Shown here in pieces: positions 48,923 through 59,317 of a stretch of DNA of 64,000 bases. A model generated the notes under the pieces. That model did not search any database, had not been told where the DNA came from, and saw only the letters and a list, made by a program, of their open reading frames with translations. The DNA is from a virus (taxonomy: Duplodnaviria > Caudoviricetes). The stretch spans positions 1 to 64,000 of IMG/VR virus record IMGVR_UViG_3300013426_000019. One strand, 5' to 3'. The position numbers and the translations under genes were made by a program. Each line of letters begins with the position of its first letter. Position 1 is the first letter of the stretch.

Positions 48923-50347
48923 TTATAATCTAAATCCATTAAGAGCCATAAACTTCTTAAGTTGTTCAGTGGAGCGTTGCCTATTACTCTCTTTAAGGTT
49001 AGCAGGTAGAGTCTGAACGCTCTTAGGATCCCAATTAACTTGGGCAACGGGGTACTCCTTAGAACATAATTCAACTACGGCGGCAACGGAGTCACTAACG
49101 TCCTTACCGTAGTAACCAATGTATGAACTATCCCAATTAGGGTCTCCTGTTAGAACCTGTGCAGCCGAAGAGTCATGATCTATCTTAACGCCTTCAGACT
49201 TAGCTCTATGTACAATATACAAACTCTTAAGATTGTTCTTCAGGAAGATGTTCTTACCTGCAACAATCTTACGGCGGTTCATTAGAGATATTAAGTTAAG
49301 ATAAGGACCTGTAGTTCTATCTACACTCAAGTTCTCAACTTCAAACTTATCCCTCTTAAGATTCTGCACAGTAACAGCACTTTGGAATCTATCGAAGCTA
49401 ACCTTTGTAATATTGATATTACCCTTACTTCTAAGGTCCCTTATAAACTCCTCAATAGCTGCTAAGTTAACTCTCTCCTTACCCGGTACAATTGCAATAG
49501 TGAAGTCTACTACATATATAAGCTCATCTGAATCTCTATCCCTTTCTACATGAGCCATAGATATAGATGTAACGTCTGTAACTTCAGATTGGTCAACACT
49601 TATACATCTTGATAAGTAAGGTAGATAGTAGTACTCATAACGACCAGCCTTATTAATGAAGAAGGTATCCTTTATTTGACTCCATATTAACTCTTTAGGA
49701 CTGGCGCTTGCGGGTGCAGATATATTAAGATATATGTTCCTGAGGTTATTATCAAACATATCTTCGATTATATTATAATCTGTAATAAGACTATCAGCAG
49801 CACCTGCAGGTATACCCCCAAAGTCCTTAAGTGACTTAATTAAGTCATCTTCAAAGTAACTTCTTAACTTACCATCAGGGCCCTTAGAAGGTACCTCAAT
49901 AATCTTAGACCTATCAGCTGTAGGATCTTGCAACATAGGATCTAGAGGATCTAGTATACGGGGAGGTTGCCCCTTACCACCTGTAAATATCTTGAAGGTA
50001 TCATGGTTCTTGAAGTCTTGCTCATATTCTTTAGGATTCCACTGCCATACAGATCCCTTAACAACATAATAATTAGGGTCCTTAGATGCTTCATACCATA
50101 TCCAACTCTCTAGCGGAGAGGTGAGGCTGTTAGGTGATGAGTCAAGGATACTTACACCATAATAGTTACCCTTCATACGTGAGTAGATACGACCCTTTGT
50201 ATCGTTGTAGATGCGGAGGATGTAGTCATCAGAGTTATGAGTGATAAGGCCATTAGCTAGAGCGAACAGACCATCGGGATTATCTACCGTTATACATTTC
50301 TGAGGTATTTTTTCTCCTACTTTTTTAATACTCTTTACTTTAGGCAT
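48923..50347 (-). CDS. terL: Terminase large subunit, C-terminal part, starting with a 38-aa IntC (start reassigned)
   Basis: MPKVKSIKK...KCITVD...LITHN|S; ILDSSP coupling motif; nuclease motifs ISVDQS, SFDRFQS, KDVSDS. Confidence 0.88.
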   Translation of the reverse strand: MPKVKSIKKVGEKIPQKCITVDNPDGLFALANGLITHNSDDYILRIYNDTKGRIYSRMKGNYYGVSILDSSPNSLTSPLESWIWYEASKDPNYYVVKGSVWQWNPKEYEQDFKNHDTFKIFTGGKGQPPRILDPLDPMLQDPTADRSKIIEVPSKGPDGKLRSYFEDDLIKSLKDFGGIPAGAADSLITDYNIIEDMFDNNLRNIYLNISAPASASPKELIWSQIKDTFFINKAGRYEYYYLPYLSRCISVDQSEVTDVTSISMAHVERDRDSDELIYVVDFTIAIVPGKERVNLAAIEEFIRDLRSKGNINITKVSFDRFQSAVTVQNLKRDKFEVENLSVDRTTGPYLNLISLMNRRKIVAGKNIFLKNNLKSLYIVHRAKSEGVKIDHDSSAAQVLTGDPNWDSSYIGYYGKDVSDSVAAVVELCSKEYPVAQVNWDPKSVQTLPANLKESNRQRSTEQLKKFMALNGFRL

Positions 50348-52406
50348 TTTTTCTCCATATATATTTTTTAGATCCTGCACCCCAAATCGTGAACAACATA
50401 CTCTCTTCGAGCTGCTTTCTCTTTTTAGGGTTTCTATTTACTTTGTGCTCAGACTTGTCCACGTAGAACTTATCAGGGCCAGTATATCCTATAAGCTTCA
50501 TTCCCAATGCTTCGTAACCCTTACCATCGAACTTATTGTAGTCACAATAGGAGAACACGGCGTCGGGATTATATTCCCTTACAAACGCCTTGAACAATTT
50601 AGATACCCCACCTACAACCTGGTTGTTACTTCCCGGACATCCTCTTATAATTTCCCAATCGTTCTCGCCCTTAAGATTTCGATTATACTTACATTTCGAG
50701 AAGGACATGAGCTGTTGCAATTCATTATTATAGTATAAGCCGTATGTTACTTCAGCATTTCTATGTCCTTGCAAGTGGTTCTTTTCATTGAAGGCCTTAG
50801 CTTCTTTATTATCTATTTTCCTTACTTCACATTTTCTAGCCCCTATTTTGGAGTAGCCACAACCCAAGGCTATTCTTATAAGGGACTCTAATTTTTCTCT
50901 CATATATTTCCACTCACACTCATAGATATGTATTAGCCTTATTCCATACTCTTCACATATCTTAGATTTTGTTTCGTGGTATTTCTTCTCTTTATTTTCA
51001 GAGCAGTGCCAGAAGTCACCATTATATTCTATTGCAACCTTTTTCTCAGGTATATACATATCAAGTTCATAGGTATAAGGTTTCAAGATATTCCTTACAT
51101 TTTCCAGAACCTCTCCTTTATACACACTCTTAATGAACTCGAGTATTTCTTTCTCTGTGTGTGATACATTACTATGGCCTATTCTATAATATTCTTTAAT
51201 TTGAGGCAAGTATTCATTAGACACAAAGCAATAGGATTTACTTTTTAAGAGGGGTAGATCTAATTTAAGCCAGCCCTGCCCATATTTTTCTATTAGAGTA
51301 GTTAATCTAGTGCAGTTGTTTTCTTTCTCAAAGATTTCAGCTTTTCTATCTATTGTTGCTTTCATCCTCTCAGCATGACCTTCTCTTTGGCTTATATTAT
51401 CTTCTACACCATATTTTTCTCTGATAGTGTTTTTAATTTTCTGCTTAACTTGTTCATTTTTAAGGGGCGACGTCGACCCATATTTTTCAAGGCAAGTCTT
51501 TTCTCTTTTTTCTTTGCTTATCTTATTAGCCAATTCTAGAGATCCATATTTTTCAATTTTAGTAGCTTTGGTTTTTTCTTGTATTTCAGCCCAATAGTTA
51601 GGATTCTCTTCTAAGTTTTGCTTCATAGTTTCAGCTACTTTCGCCTTGAACTCAGGTACATCCATTACATTGTCAACGCCATATTTATCCAGCAGAGTTT
51701 GTTTTATTTTTTCATTGGCTACTTCATAGGCATTTTCTAGAGACCCATATTTTCCAATTTTAGTAGCTTTAGATTTTTCATTTCTATTTTTCCAGAAGTC
51801 AGGGTTCTCTTCTAGTTTTTGTTTTATGGTTTCTTGTCTCTTTTCTATTGTACCAGGTATATCTGTTACCTTTTCTACACCATATTTTTCTGTAATAGTA
51901 TTTTTGAGATTATTATTCATAATAGCATAGGCATTTTTTAGAGATCCATATTTCTCTATCTTTGTCGCCTCAGCTTTCTTTTTTCTATTTTCCCAGAACT
52001 GTGAGTCTTTTTCAGCTGATTTTTTCTTGATGTTTTCTCGAGCAATCTTTAGTTGGCTGGGGTTGGTTATATTATCCCAATCTTCATCAGGATATTTTTC
52101 CCTAAGAGTATTCATCTGCTTTTGATATCTGATTTTATTTGCATTTTCTAGAGATCCATATTTCTCTATTTGAGTAGCTATTCTTTTTTTATTTTTCTCT
52201 TCCCTGAACGTCTTATATTCTTCAGGATGCTTATCCCAATACGCCTTTTGTTCTTGCGCTTTCCTTTGCTGTATAATAGATCTATTCTTTTTAAGCAATT
52301 CTTGATTTGTCTTCTTGCACTCTGAGCATATACAGAGGAGAGGATCTTTTTCGTAAGTACTCTTATTTTCTTTTCCACATACTATGCAATTATATCTATA
52401 TATCAT
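50340..52406 (-). CDS. Free-standing homing endonuclease between the terminase halves
   Basis: Many EKYG repeats; ELDMYIP..KVAIEYNGDFWH Vsr-like domain; Hef-like C-terminus (NHLQG, GGVSKL, SYCD). Confidence 0.8.
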   Translation of the reverse strand: MIYRYNCIVCGKENKSTYEKDPLLCICSECKKTNQELLKKNRSIIQQRKAQEQKAYWDKHPEEYKTFREEKNKKRIATQIEKYGSLENANKIRYQKQMNTLREKYPDEDWDNITNPSQLKIARENIKKKSAEKDSQFWENRKKKAEATKIEKYGSLKNAYAIMNNNLKNTITEKYGVEKVTDIPGTIEKRQETIKQKLEENPDFWKNRNEKSKATKIGKYGSLENAYEVANEKIKQTLLDKYGVDNVMDVPEFKAKVAETMKQNLEENPNYWAEIQEKTKATKIEKYGSLELANKISKEKREKTCLEKYGSTSPLKNEQVKQKIKNTIREKYGVEDNISQREGHAERMKATIDRKAEIFEKENNCTRLTTLIEKYGQGWLKLDLPLLKSKSYCFVSNEYLPQIKEYYRIGHSNVSHTEKEILEFIKSVYKGEVLENVRNILKPYTYELDMYIPEKKVAIEYNGDFWHCSENKEKKYHETKSKICEEYGIRLIHIYECEWKYMREKLESLIRIALGCGYSKIGARKCEVRKIDNKEAKAFNEKNHLQGHRNAEVTYGLYYNNELQQLMSFSKCKYNRNLKGENDWEIIRGCPGSNNQVVGGVSKLFKAFVREYNPDAVFSYCDYNKFDGKGYEALGMKLIGYTGPDKFYVDKSEHKVNRNPKKRKQLEESMLFTIWGAGSKKYIWRKNA

Positions 52407-52475
52407 ACTATAATTAGTATAACAACTTGCTACTAGGACTGAGTATAATAGGTGGTCTTATATTTAGAGAAGCAC

Positions 52476-53582
52476 TCAATTTTCAATTTGAGGTATGTCG
52501 AACTCTATTTCGGGGTGGTCTATCATATATTGGGTTGTTACTACCTCGTCGTGGTATATGTTGTTTTCATCCCAATATGTTACTCTCCACTTATGATTGG
52601 CATTACACCTAACAGTTCGGCCGTCTTCTACCTCTATCTCATATAAGTCATCTTCACCCTGCCAAGGTATATTGATTACTTCGGTCTCACCGCAATAAGG
52701 GTGCAGTAACTTATCCCCTACTCGAACATCTCTCATAGATTTAAGTGTACTATCAGCCATAACAACTTGCTCATTTAAGTCTAGGGCCTTACCCGCATCT
52801 TTGAAGAATGCTAGTTCGCTCAAAGCGGCACTGATGATAGACAAACCTAATAACGCTTGTACCGAAGATGCTATCTTAATAGCTACGCCTGAATCGAACA
52901 TTAACTCCGAGTCAGGATCAGCAGTAGTGTAGTATAACTTGTCTACAGTAGATCTCTTGTCATATTCCGCTCTGAGTTCCTTCATAGCCTCCTTACGATT
53001 AACCTTCTCGAAGTAAGGGGAAGCGCTCATTATATTTAAGTAAGGGGCTAGCAGCAATTCTCTCGACTTTTTAATAGAGTAAGATATTAGGACCTGGGCT
53101 AGTAGTGTGGCAGGAGATAACCCAAAGTACTTATAGGGATCTCTCATAAGGGATACGTTGACTGTTATGTATAACTCTATTAAGGTGGAGAGGAACGATT
53201 TACCCCAGCTAATATGAGGATATAGCACCAAGTTCCTCGCCCTCTGAGTAGGATCCATAAACTGCAAGAACACATCTCTAATTCTAGGATATATTGTCTT
53301 AGCGGTAGGACCTAGGTACTTCTCAGACAGGAACTCTTCCGGAGTAGGGGGTTTATCCCTGAAGTTAATTCTCCAGGAATCCTTAATAAGATTAGCCTTC
53401 TCCTGCTCAGTCAAACCATCGCGCTGTACAATGAAGTTAAGAGCGGTTTTAATAGCGTTGAGATCAAGATTCATCCCCTCAAACATTTTAAGAGCGTAAG
53501 GATCTCCAGCGGCTAAGTCTTTATACAAGTCGGCTGCATTATTCAAGTCTTTAGGATTATTTACAAGTTCATTTGAATTCAT
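52476..53582 (-). CDS. terL: Terminase large subunit, N-terminal ATPase part, ending in a 103-aa IntN (start reassigned)
   Basis: TPEEFL...YLG, WGKS Walker A, ALSELAFF Walker B region; then ALDLNEQV...VRVGD...EDGRTVRCNANHKW. Confidence 0.88.
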   Translation of the reverse strand: MNSNELVNNPKDLNNAADLYKDLAAGDPYALKMFEGMNLDLNAIKTALNFIVQRDGLTEQEKANLIKDSWRINFRDKPPTPEEFLSEKYLGPTAKTIYPRIRDVFLQFMDPTQRARNLVLYPHISWGKSFLSTLIELYITVNVSLMRDPYKYFGLSPATLLAQVLISYSIKKSRELLLAPYLNIMSASPYFEKVNRKEAMKELRAEYDKRSTVDKLYYTTADPDSELMFDSGVAIKIASSVQALLGLSIISAALSELAFFKDAGKALDLNEQVVMADSTLKSMRDVRVGDKLLHPYCGETEVINIPWQGEDDLYEIEVEDGRTVRCNANHKWRVTYWDENNIYHDEVVTTQYMIDHPEIEFDIPQIEN

Positions 53583-53733
53583 GTCTATTATTAACTTAGT
53601 TACATTACACAACTAATTAAGCAGACCTACAAATAGGCCCTTCACAATTAATATAGAGGTCTTAATAACTGTTTATATTATAATTATAAGTGAACCGAAG
53701 GGAATTTACACAATATATTATAGGAGATTTCAA

Positions 53734-55071
53734 ATGAACGGAATCAAGACAAACAAGCCTCTCAATGAAGAGGAACTCACAGAGCAGCCAGCACTTGAGA
53801 CACAGCCACAGCCAGTGCCAGCTACACCAGATGAGGTATCACAGGCCCAGGATGTCCCAGTAGAGGATGTACCAGCTGAAGAACTGGCAGATGAACCAGC
53901 AGCAACAAGTGCAATGTTTACGCCACCTGCTGAAGGATACGTACCAGCTGGTTGGGTTAAGATTGAAGATTTAGCATCAGCAGTAGCACAGGTTACAGGA
54001 GATCTTGAGGCTGCATCAACAGCACCAGATGTTCAGCCATCAGCTATTGCAGACACAGAAGCAACAATTCCAGCAGCAGTAGAAGAACCAGAAGAGGAGC
54101 CACTTGTACAGGAATCTGTCAAGTCTAACAAGGGTACACTCAACGAGGTCAAGGCCAATGTCAGGGATCACAAGTTTGCCTTTCTAATTTGTGATGGTAA
54201 TGGTGCCGCATCTAGAGGAGGTGAACCAGATTACTTCTACACATCAGAATGCGTTGCTAAGGATCTCAAATCAGCACTTCTATTGATTCTTCCGGACATG
54301 CTAGGCTATGACCCTGAAGACGATTTAGGTGAAGATCTTGTGGACATGACAGGAGATGAACTCTTATCCACATATTCTGAAGAGGTTGATTTAGGAGATG
54401 GTTCTCCTTGGATTGAAGCAGTTATGCAGGACAACAAAGTCATTGCTGACATGGGTGTTATTGATTCCATGATTGGTGACGAAGATTACAGATTTGACAT
54501 TGATCCAGCTGATGCTGAACTCTGGGGCATTGAACTCCCTGATTACGATGATGACGATGACGATGAAGAGTTTGATGAGTCAGTTAAGAGATCATCCAAG
54601 AAGTATAATCGCAAAGCCTCTAAAGACTTTGATACAATGGTAGAACGCATCAACAACAAGGGACATCGTTTTAATACAATGGCAGAGAGTATCAACAGAG
54701 CAATTTCAACCAGAGCAATTAGAGAGCGCTATGAAGGCTATCTACCTGCAGGCTCAGAACACTTTGCAAACGACGACGATCTAGTACAGACATATACAGA
54801 GTCTGCAGCTTCTAGAAGAAGAGCTATTAGAGACTTCAGAGAGTCTCTCAAGGCTAAGAGATCTTCAAATCTTAGAGGCAGACGCATCGAAGATGTTGCT
54901 GAACCAGAAGTCACAGTAGACCCAAGATTTAAGGAGGCACTTAAGAGTTCTTCCAGAATTGAGGAGTCAATCAATACTGATTCCAAGTCCTGGAGTGCTA
55001 ACAAATTCCAGGAGAAGGCTGAAGACAAGCTATCTTGGAAGGAGCTACTTGCTAAGGGCTTCTTAGGCTAA
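53734..55071 (+). CDS. Acidic prohead core/scaffold-like or internal protein
   Basis: Late motif at 53612; low-complexity acidic sequence with many xxES/xxEA sites. Confidence 0.5.
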   Translation: MNGIKTNKPLNEEELTEQPALETQPQPVPATPDEVSQAQDVPVEDVPAEELADEPAATSAMFTPPAEGYVPAGWVKIEDLASAVAQVTGDLEAASTAPDVQPSAIADTEATIPAAVEEPEEEPLVQESVKSNKGTLNEVKANVRDHKFAFLICDGNGAASRGGEPDYFYTSECVAKDLKSALLLILPDMLGYDPEDDLGEDLVDMTGDELLSTYSEEVDLGDGSPWIEAVMQDNKVIADMGVIDSMIGDEDYRFDIDPADAELWGIELPDYDDDDDDEEFDESVKRSSKKYNRKASKDFDTMVERINNKGHRFNTMAESINRAISTRAIRERYEGYLPAGSEHFANDDDLVQTYTESAASRRRAIRDFRESLKAKRSSNLRGRRIEDVAEPEVTVDPRFKEALKSSSRIEESINTDSKSWSANKFQEKAEDKLSWKELLAKGFLG

Positions 55072-55092
55072 GTCTTTAAGATGCAATAATAT

Positions 55093-55114
55093 AGGGGAAG
55101 TTAACACTTCCCCC
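55093..55114. terminator. Terminator
   Basis: AGGGGAAGT..ACTTCCCCT followed by a T-run. Confidence 0.7.
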
Positions 55115-55172
55115 TTTTCTATTCTTTGCTATAATAGCGATTATATTGAGTATACGCGACTTTGCTTGTGGT

Positions 55173-55895
55173 TTAATAATTATTGTTATATTCAAACGAT
55201 AGAGACCCGTTAGTCTCAGATATTGTTACATTACCTATTTGGACGGTGCCTGCTTTTAATTTATTAACTGTTACATTATTATTCTTTATAGACACAGCCC
55301 CTTCAATAGCCAAGTCACCTTTAAGTTGCTTAGAACCTTTCAAGATTTGAGCACCCGTAGTAACGACACCATAAGTAGATTCAGATGCAACAGGGATAGT
55401 TATATGAGCTTGGTGGTTATTACCGGCATCTGTAGAGTCTACATGTTCTCCTGTCCCCGATAATTTAAGACCTCTTACAATCTCTGAAGTATCGTTTGCC
55501 ACGCCAGCATCTTTAGTATCCAAGTTGGTACCTAACTTAATAACACCTGGAGTATTATTTGTAGCTTCTTCGAGCATACCTTCAAAGACATCCCAATACT
55601 CATACCAGTTATCTGATTTTATTGCAGCAGTTATATCCTTTTTACATACAACGTTACAACCAGCATACACAGATACGGGTCTATTACTGTCTGCAGTATC
55701 CTTAACACCATTAATAATATTATATACATCACCCTGCTTAGCACTTGTAAGAGCCATAAGCTCAGCCCACGTCTTATTACCTTTAACATGATAGACGTTA
55801 CCGAGCATTTTAATTCTATCGCTAAGTTTTCTATATACTGTATTTAGACCATCTAAGGTTACTACTGGAGATAATTTATTACTCATTAATTTCAA
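55173..55895 (-). CDS. Fibre-like virion protein
   Basis: VYHVKG...GDVYNI, ATNNTPGVIKL and ASESTYGVV fibre repeats; late motif upstream. Confidence 0.6.
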   Translation of the reverse strand: MKLMSNKLSPVVTLDGLNTVYRKLSDRIKMLGNVYHVKGNKTWAELMALTSAKQGDVYNIINGVKDTADSNRPVSVYAGCNVVCKKDITAAIKSDNWYEYWDVFEGMLEEATNNTPGVIKLGTNLDTKDAGVANDTSEIVRGLKLSGTGEHVDSTDAGNNHQAHITIPVASESTYGVVTTGAQILKGSKQLKGDLAIEGAVSIKNNNVTVNKLKAGTVQIGNVTISETNGSLSFEYNNNY

Positions 55896-55916
55896 GTCTC
55901 CTCTACAGTAATTAGT

Positions 55917-57743
55917 TCAGATTACGTCATTTGAGTAGGGTACAGGATCACAAGTTTCAGTACAATTGAAGATTTGTTTCCATTGCTCCTGACTCAGGAA
56001 CTCCTTACTTACCAGGCCTTTAACAAGAGCTCCTTTATTCTTCAGGGATTTATCCAACAGGACATCCAAGCTTTTATCATAGAGTAGTATATAAGACGTA
56101 AAGTTATTCTTCTGCCCTATTCTATAAGCCCTAGCAGTGCTCTGATCATAAGTAGTATAATCGAAGGTACGCTCAACATATACTTGATAGGTAGCTTCGG
56201 TTATAGTTACAGAGGTATTGAGACATATAATATTAGCTATTAGGATTTGATGCTTCTTATCCTTCTTGAACTCCTCGATAAGCTTGAATCTCTCTTCCTG
56301 AGGTGTCTCCCCAGTTATTACAATAGGATTATATTGAGCATATCTCTTAGCCATATTATTTATAGAGGTAGGGTGGATTGCCCATATAATACCTTTCTCT
56401 TTAGGGTGGTCTTCTATTATAGCATCTATAGCTTCTAATTTAGCTAGGCTGGCATCCTTAAACTTGTTAACCATAAGATTGAACGACATATCAAACTTAT
56501 CCTCATGTTTTAAGAGGAGTTTAGGGGCATCTACACTTAACATCATATAAGGGAACCTTGTTACAATATCCTTAACAGTGTGTTGCTGCGCAAGGTCATT
56601 AACAACCATCGTTTCATATATAGCCCGGTGCTCTTTAGTCATTGGAATGTAGAGTCTCTTCTCTATATATTCAGGGAGTTCAACCAAGTCGCTTGTTTTG
56701 TAGTAGTTGCCATAAGATTTCAAGAACCTCTGATTCTGCTTCTCAACTTCATCTCTCTTCCACTCTCTAATCGCATATCTACTATAGTAAGTACCTATAT
56801 TAGCTAACTTATCCAGCCACTCTGAGTAGGATAGATTCCAGACAAGCGCAGGATCTAAGATCTTGAACTGAGTATACTCTTTTTCTACCTTATCTGCGGG
56901 GGTACCACTGAACTCGTAGCGATACTTGAACTCAGGGGCGTGGAGTGTTACAAGGTGGCTCTGCTGGGATTTAGGATTAGCAACATTGTGACTCTCATCT
57001 AAGATTAACATTAGAGGCTGACCATTTGACCACTCTTTAAGAGGCAGGAACGGTTTGCGAGGCTTCTCAGACGTTACCTTCTTAATTTGCTTATAGTAGT
57101 TACCTATAAGGCGGTAGGAGTTGTAGCTCGTCACTACAATATTAGCCTCTTTATGGTCGAACACATCTCTACAATTCTTATTACCTATAATAACTTCTTC
57201 GTCTTTAAGATCTTTAATGAACTTGAAGAGTTCGTGATACAGGTTAAGTACACCTACATTAGATGTAACTAGGACAACCTTACTACAATCATGATATTTT
57301 AAGAGTCTATGAGCAATTAAGGCCGATGCAACGTAGGATTTACCACTTCCCATGCCCCAATAGTAGGCATAGCAGGATCTATTGATACCCATACTTATAC
57401 CTAAGTGCTGGAACTTCTCATTGGGACTCTTACCTTCAATAGGCTTGAAGTTCATAAGACTATAGTCAGGGATACGTCTAGTAGATTCTATAATTTGGGT
57501 AGACTTAACCTCTAAGAGTTTGTCTAGTTCTGCTTTGTTGACATTATCCTCTATAACATCTATATCTTCCAAGACACTCTTAACTTCTTCATACTTATAA
57601 GGAGCCAGAGTCCAGGTCTTAGAGGACTTGTCCCACTTAGCACCTTCTTGTTTTAGAAGTTTAAGAGCCTGGCTGAACGACGCGTTTGTTAGACCTGTTA
57701 AGTCAATGTCTATGTTCTTATTCTTTATGTCTATTTTGATCAT
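55917..57743 (-). CDS. SF2 (SNF2-like) helicase
   Basis: GMGSGKS, ILDESH, SGTP, QSTARAYRIGQ. Confidence 0.9.
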   Translation of the reverse strand: MIKIDIKNKNIDIDLTGLTNASFSQALKLLKQEGAKWDKSSKTWTLAPYKYEEVKSVLEDIDVIEDNVNKAELDKLLEVKSTQIIESTRRIPDYSLMNFKPIEGKSPNEKFQHLGISMGINRSCYAYYWGMGSGKSYVASALIAHRLLKYHDCSKVVLVTSNVGVLNLYHELFKFIKDLKDEEVIIGNKNCRDVFDHKEANIVVTSYNSYRLIGNYYKQIKKVTSEKPRKPFLPLKEWSNGQPLMLILDESHNVANPKSQQSHLVTLHAPEFKYRYEFSGTPADKVEKEYTQFKILDPALVWNLSYSEWLDKLANIGTYYSRYAIREWKRDEVEKQNQRFLKSYGNYYKTSDLVELPEYIEKRLYIPMTKEHRAIYETMVVNDLAQQHTVKDIVTRFPYMMLSVDAPKLLLKHEDKFDMSFNLMVNKFKDASLAKLEAIDAIIEDHPKEKGIIWAIHPTSINNMAKRYAQYNPIVITGETPQEERFKLIEEFKKDKKHQILIANIICLNTSVTITEATYQVYVERTFDYTTYDQSTARAYRIGQKNNFTSYILLYDKSLDVLLDKSLKNKGALVKGLVSKEFLSQEQWKQIFNCTETCDPVPYSNDVI

Positions 57744-57793
57744 ATAATTATATTATAAGGAGGAGAGGCTTGATCAAACCCTCATTTAACTCC

Positions 57794-58648
57794 TTACTTA
57801 TCCATTACTGTGTATTTTGTTCTGAAGTGGTAGCATTGCTGGGAGCTTGTCCACTTAAAGTCTGTACCTGCATCGAACGTTAAGATCTTACAATTTTTGG
57901 TCTCACCTTCTATAATACCATCTAGCTCACCCTTAAGTGATATCCTAAGATTCTTAGCACTTATGATCCTACCTACTCTACGTGTTACATTGTCTATAAT
58001 ATTATCATACTTCTTATCAGCCCTGACTGTCAACATATTAGATACAAGCTTCTTATAACTATTTAAGTTATGATCAGCCTTATCCCAGATTTCATCAATC
58101 TCACCATATCTAGATTCATATCTTCTCTGCGCTGTGTTCATCGCCTCTTCTTTTAACTTTAATTTAGCCTTAATATCCTTATCAGATACACCTGCGTTGT
58201 AGTCCTCAAATCTACCTTCATTGAAGTATTCTCTATAAGCTTCTTCAGCAGCTTCTACAGTTTGTGCGGCGAGCTTTTTATCATTAGATTTAAGTTCATC
58301 TATGTAGTAGTTTAAGCATCTCTCTTTCCAAGTATCTAAGAACTCTGCAATTGGTTTAATATCTCGGACTGTCTTCTGTATATTTTCAAGCTGCGTATAA
58401 TATTTATTTAGAGTACCCTGCGCTGTGACTAGATCCTGTGATGCGATTCTATAGTCCCACTCGAGGTTTTCGATTCTTATCTTAATGCTACGATTATTAG
58501 GGTCACTCTTAAGCTGATATCTGAGCTCATTGATCTCTTTAGATTTCTTCGCAATCTTAGCTTCCAGTTTAGACGCCTTAGCTTCTAATTTTTCAATTCT
58601 TACATTTAATTCTTCGGCTGTTAGCATACTTGGTATCTCCTTATCCAC
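57794..58648 (-). CDS. Hypothetical coiled-coil (early) protein
   Basis: TTGACA-N17-TAATAT promoter upstream. Confidence 0.65.
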   Translation of the reverse strand: MDKEIPSMLTAEELNVRIEKLEAKASKLEAKIAKKSKEINELRYQLKSDPNNRSIKIRIENLEWDYRIASQDLVTAQGTLNKYYTQLENIQKTVRDIKPIAEFLDTWKERCLNYYIDELKSNDKKLAAQTVEAAEEAYREYFNEGRFEDYNAGVSDKDIKAKLKLKEEAMNTAQRRYESRYGEIDEIWDKADHNLNSYKKLVSNMLTVRADKKYDNIIDNVTRRVGRIISAKNLRISLKGELDGIIEGETKNCKILTFDAGTDFKWTSSQQCYHFRTKYTVMDK

Positions 58649-58762
58649 ATCTATATATTATATTATATATGACAATTTGTCAAGCCTTATAAGGTAGATT
58701 TTTTAATTTATTTTTTTCACTTTTAGGTTGATATTTTACTGTAAGGGGGTTATATTATATAC

Positions 58763-59317
58763 ATGAACAACGATAAGATAACAATGACAATTGGTGCAAG
58801 TATTATTCTTAACAAGGTTTTGACTTTGATCTTATTTACAGATCCTACTCCAGGCAAGACAGTTGAGCGTGTTTTACCATTCTCGGTTAAGTATTGTCTT
58901 CAGAGAGCGAAGAGCCAGGTTGAGAAGGATTGTGCCACATTTGAGCAGCGCAAGGCTGATCTAATTAAGAGGCTTGGAGTTCCGCAGGAGAACGATCCTA
59001 ATACAATTGCAGTGCCTGAAGATAAGATGGCAGAGTACAAGGACGATCTCCTTAAGATCTTACAGGAGCAAGTAGAACATCAGTTCCTCAAGCTCAAGCC
59101 ACAGGATGTTCTAAGCATAGATGTAGAGGGTCTATCAGTAGAGGAGGTAAGCTTATTTATGGCACTTCTTATTGATGACGCTGAACTCACAGAGGAGTTA
59201 GGTGGTTCTACAACACCTACAGATAGTGCAGATACAACTGCGCAGGATTCCAAGGTTACAACCGCTGAGCCTCCAGAGGGCGTCACTGAACCTTCATCAA
59301 CCTCCACCACTAATTAA
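58763..59317 (+). CDS. Hypothetical protein, paralog of 61903..62577
   Basis: Shared pattern LP.S..Y.L...K...E.D...F...R/K..L....G. Confidence 0.65.
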   Translation: MNNDKITMTIGASIILNKVLTLILFTDPTPGKTVERVLPFSVKYCLQRAKSQVEKDCATFEQRKADLIKRLGVPQENDPNTIAVPEDKMAEYKDDLLKILQEQVEHQFLKLKPQDVLSIDVEGLSVEEVSLFMALLIDDAELTEELGGSTTPTDSADTTAQDSKVTTAEPPEGVTEPSSTSTTN

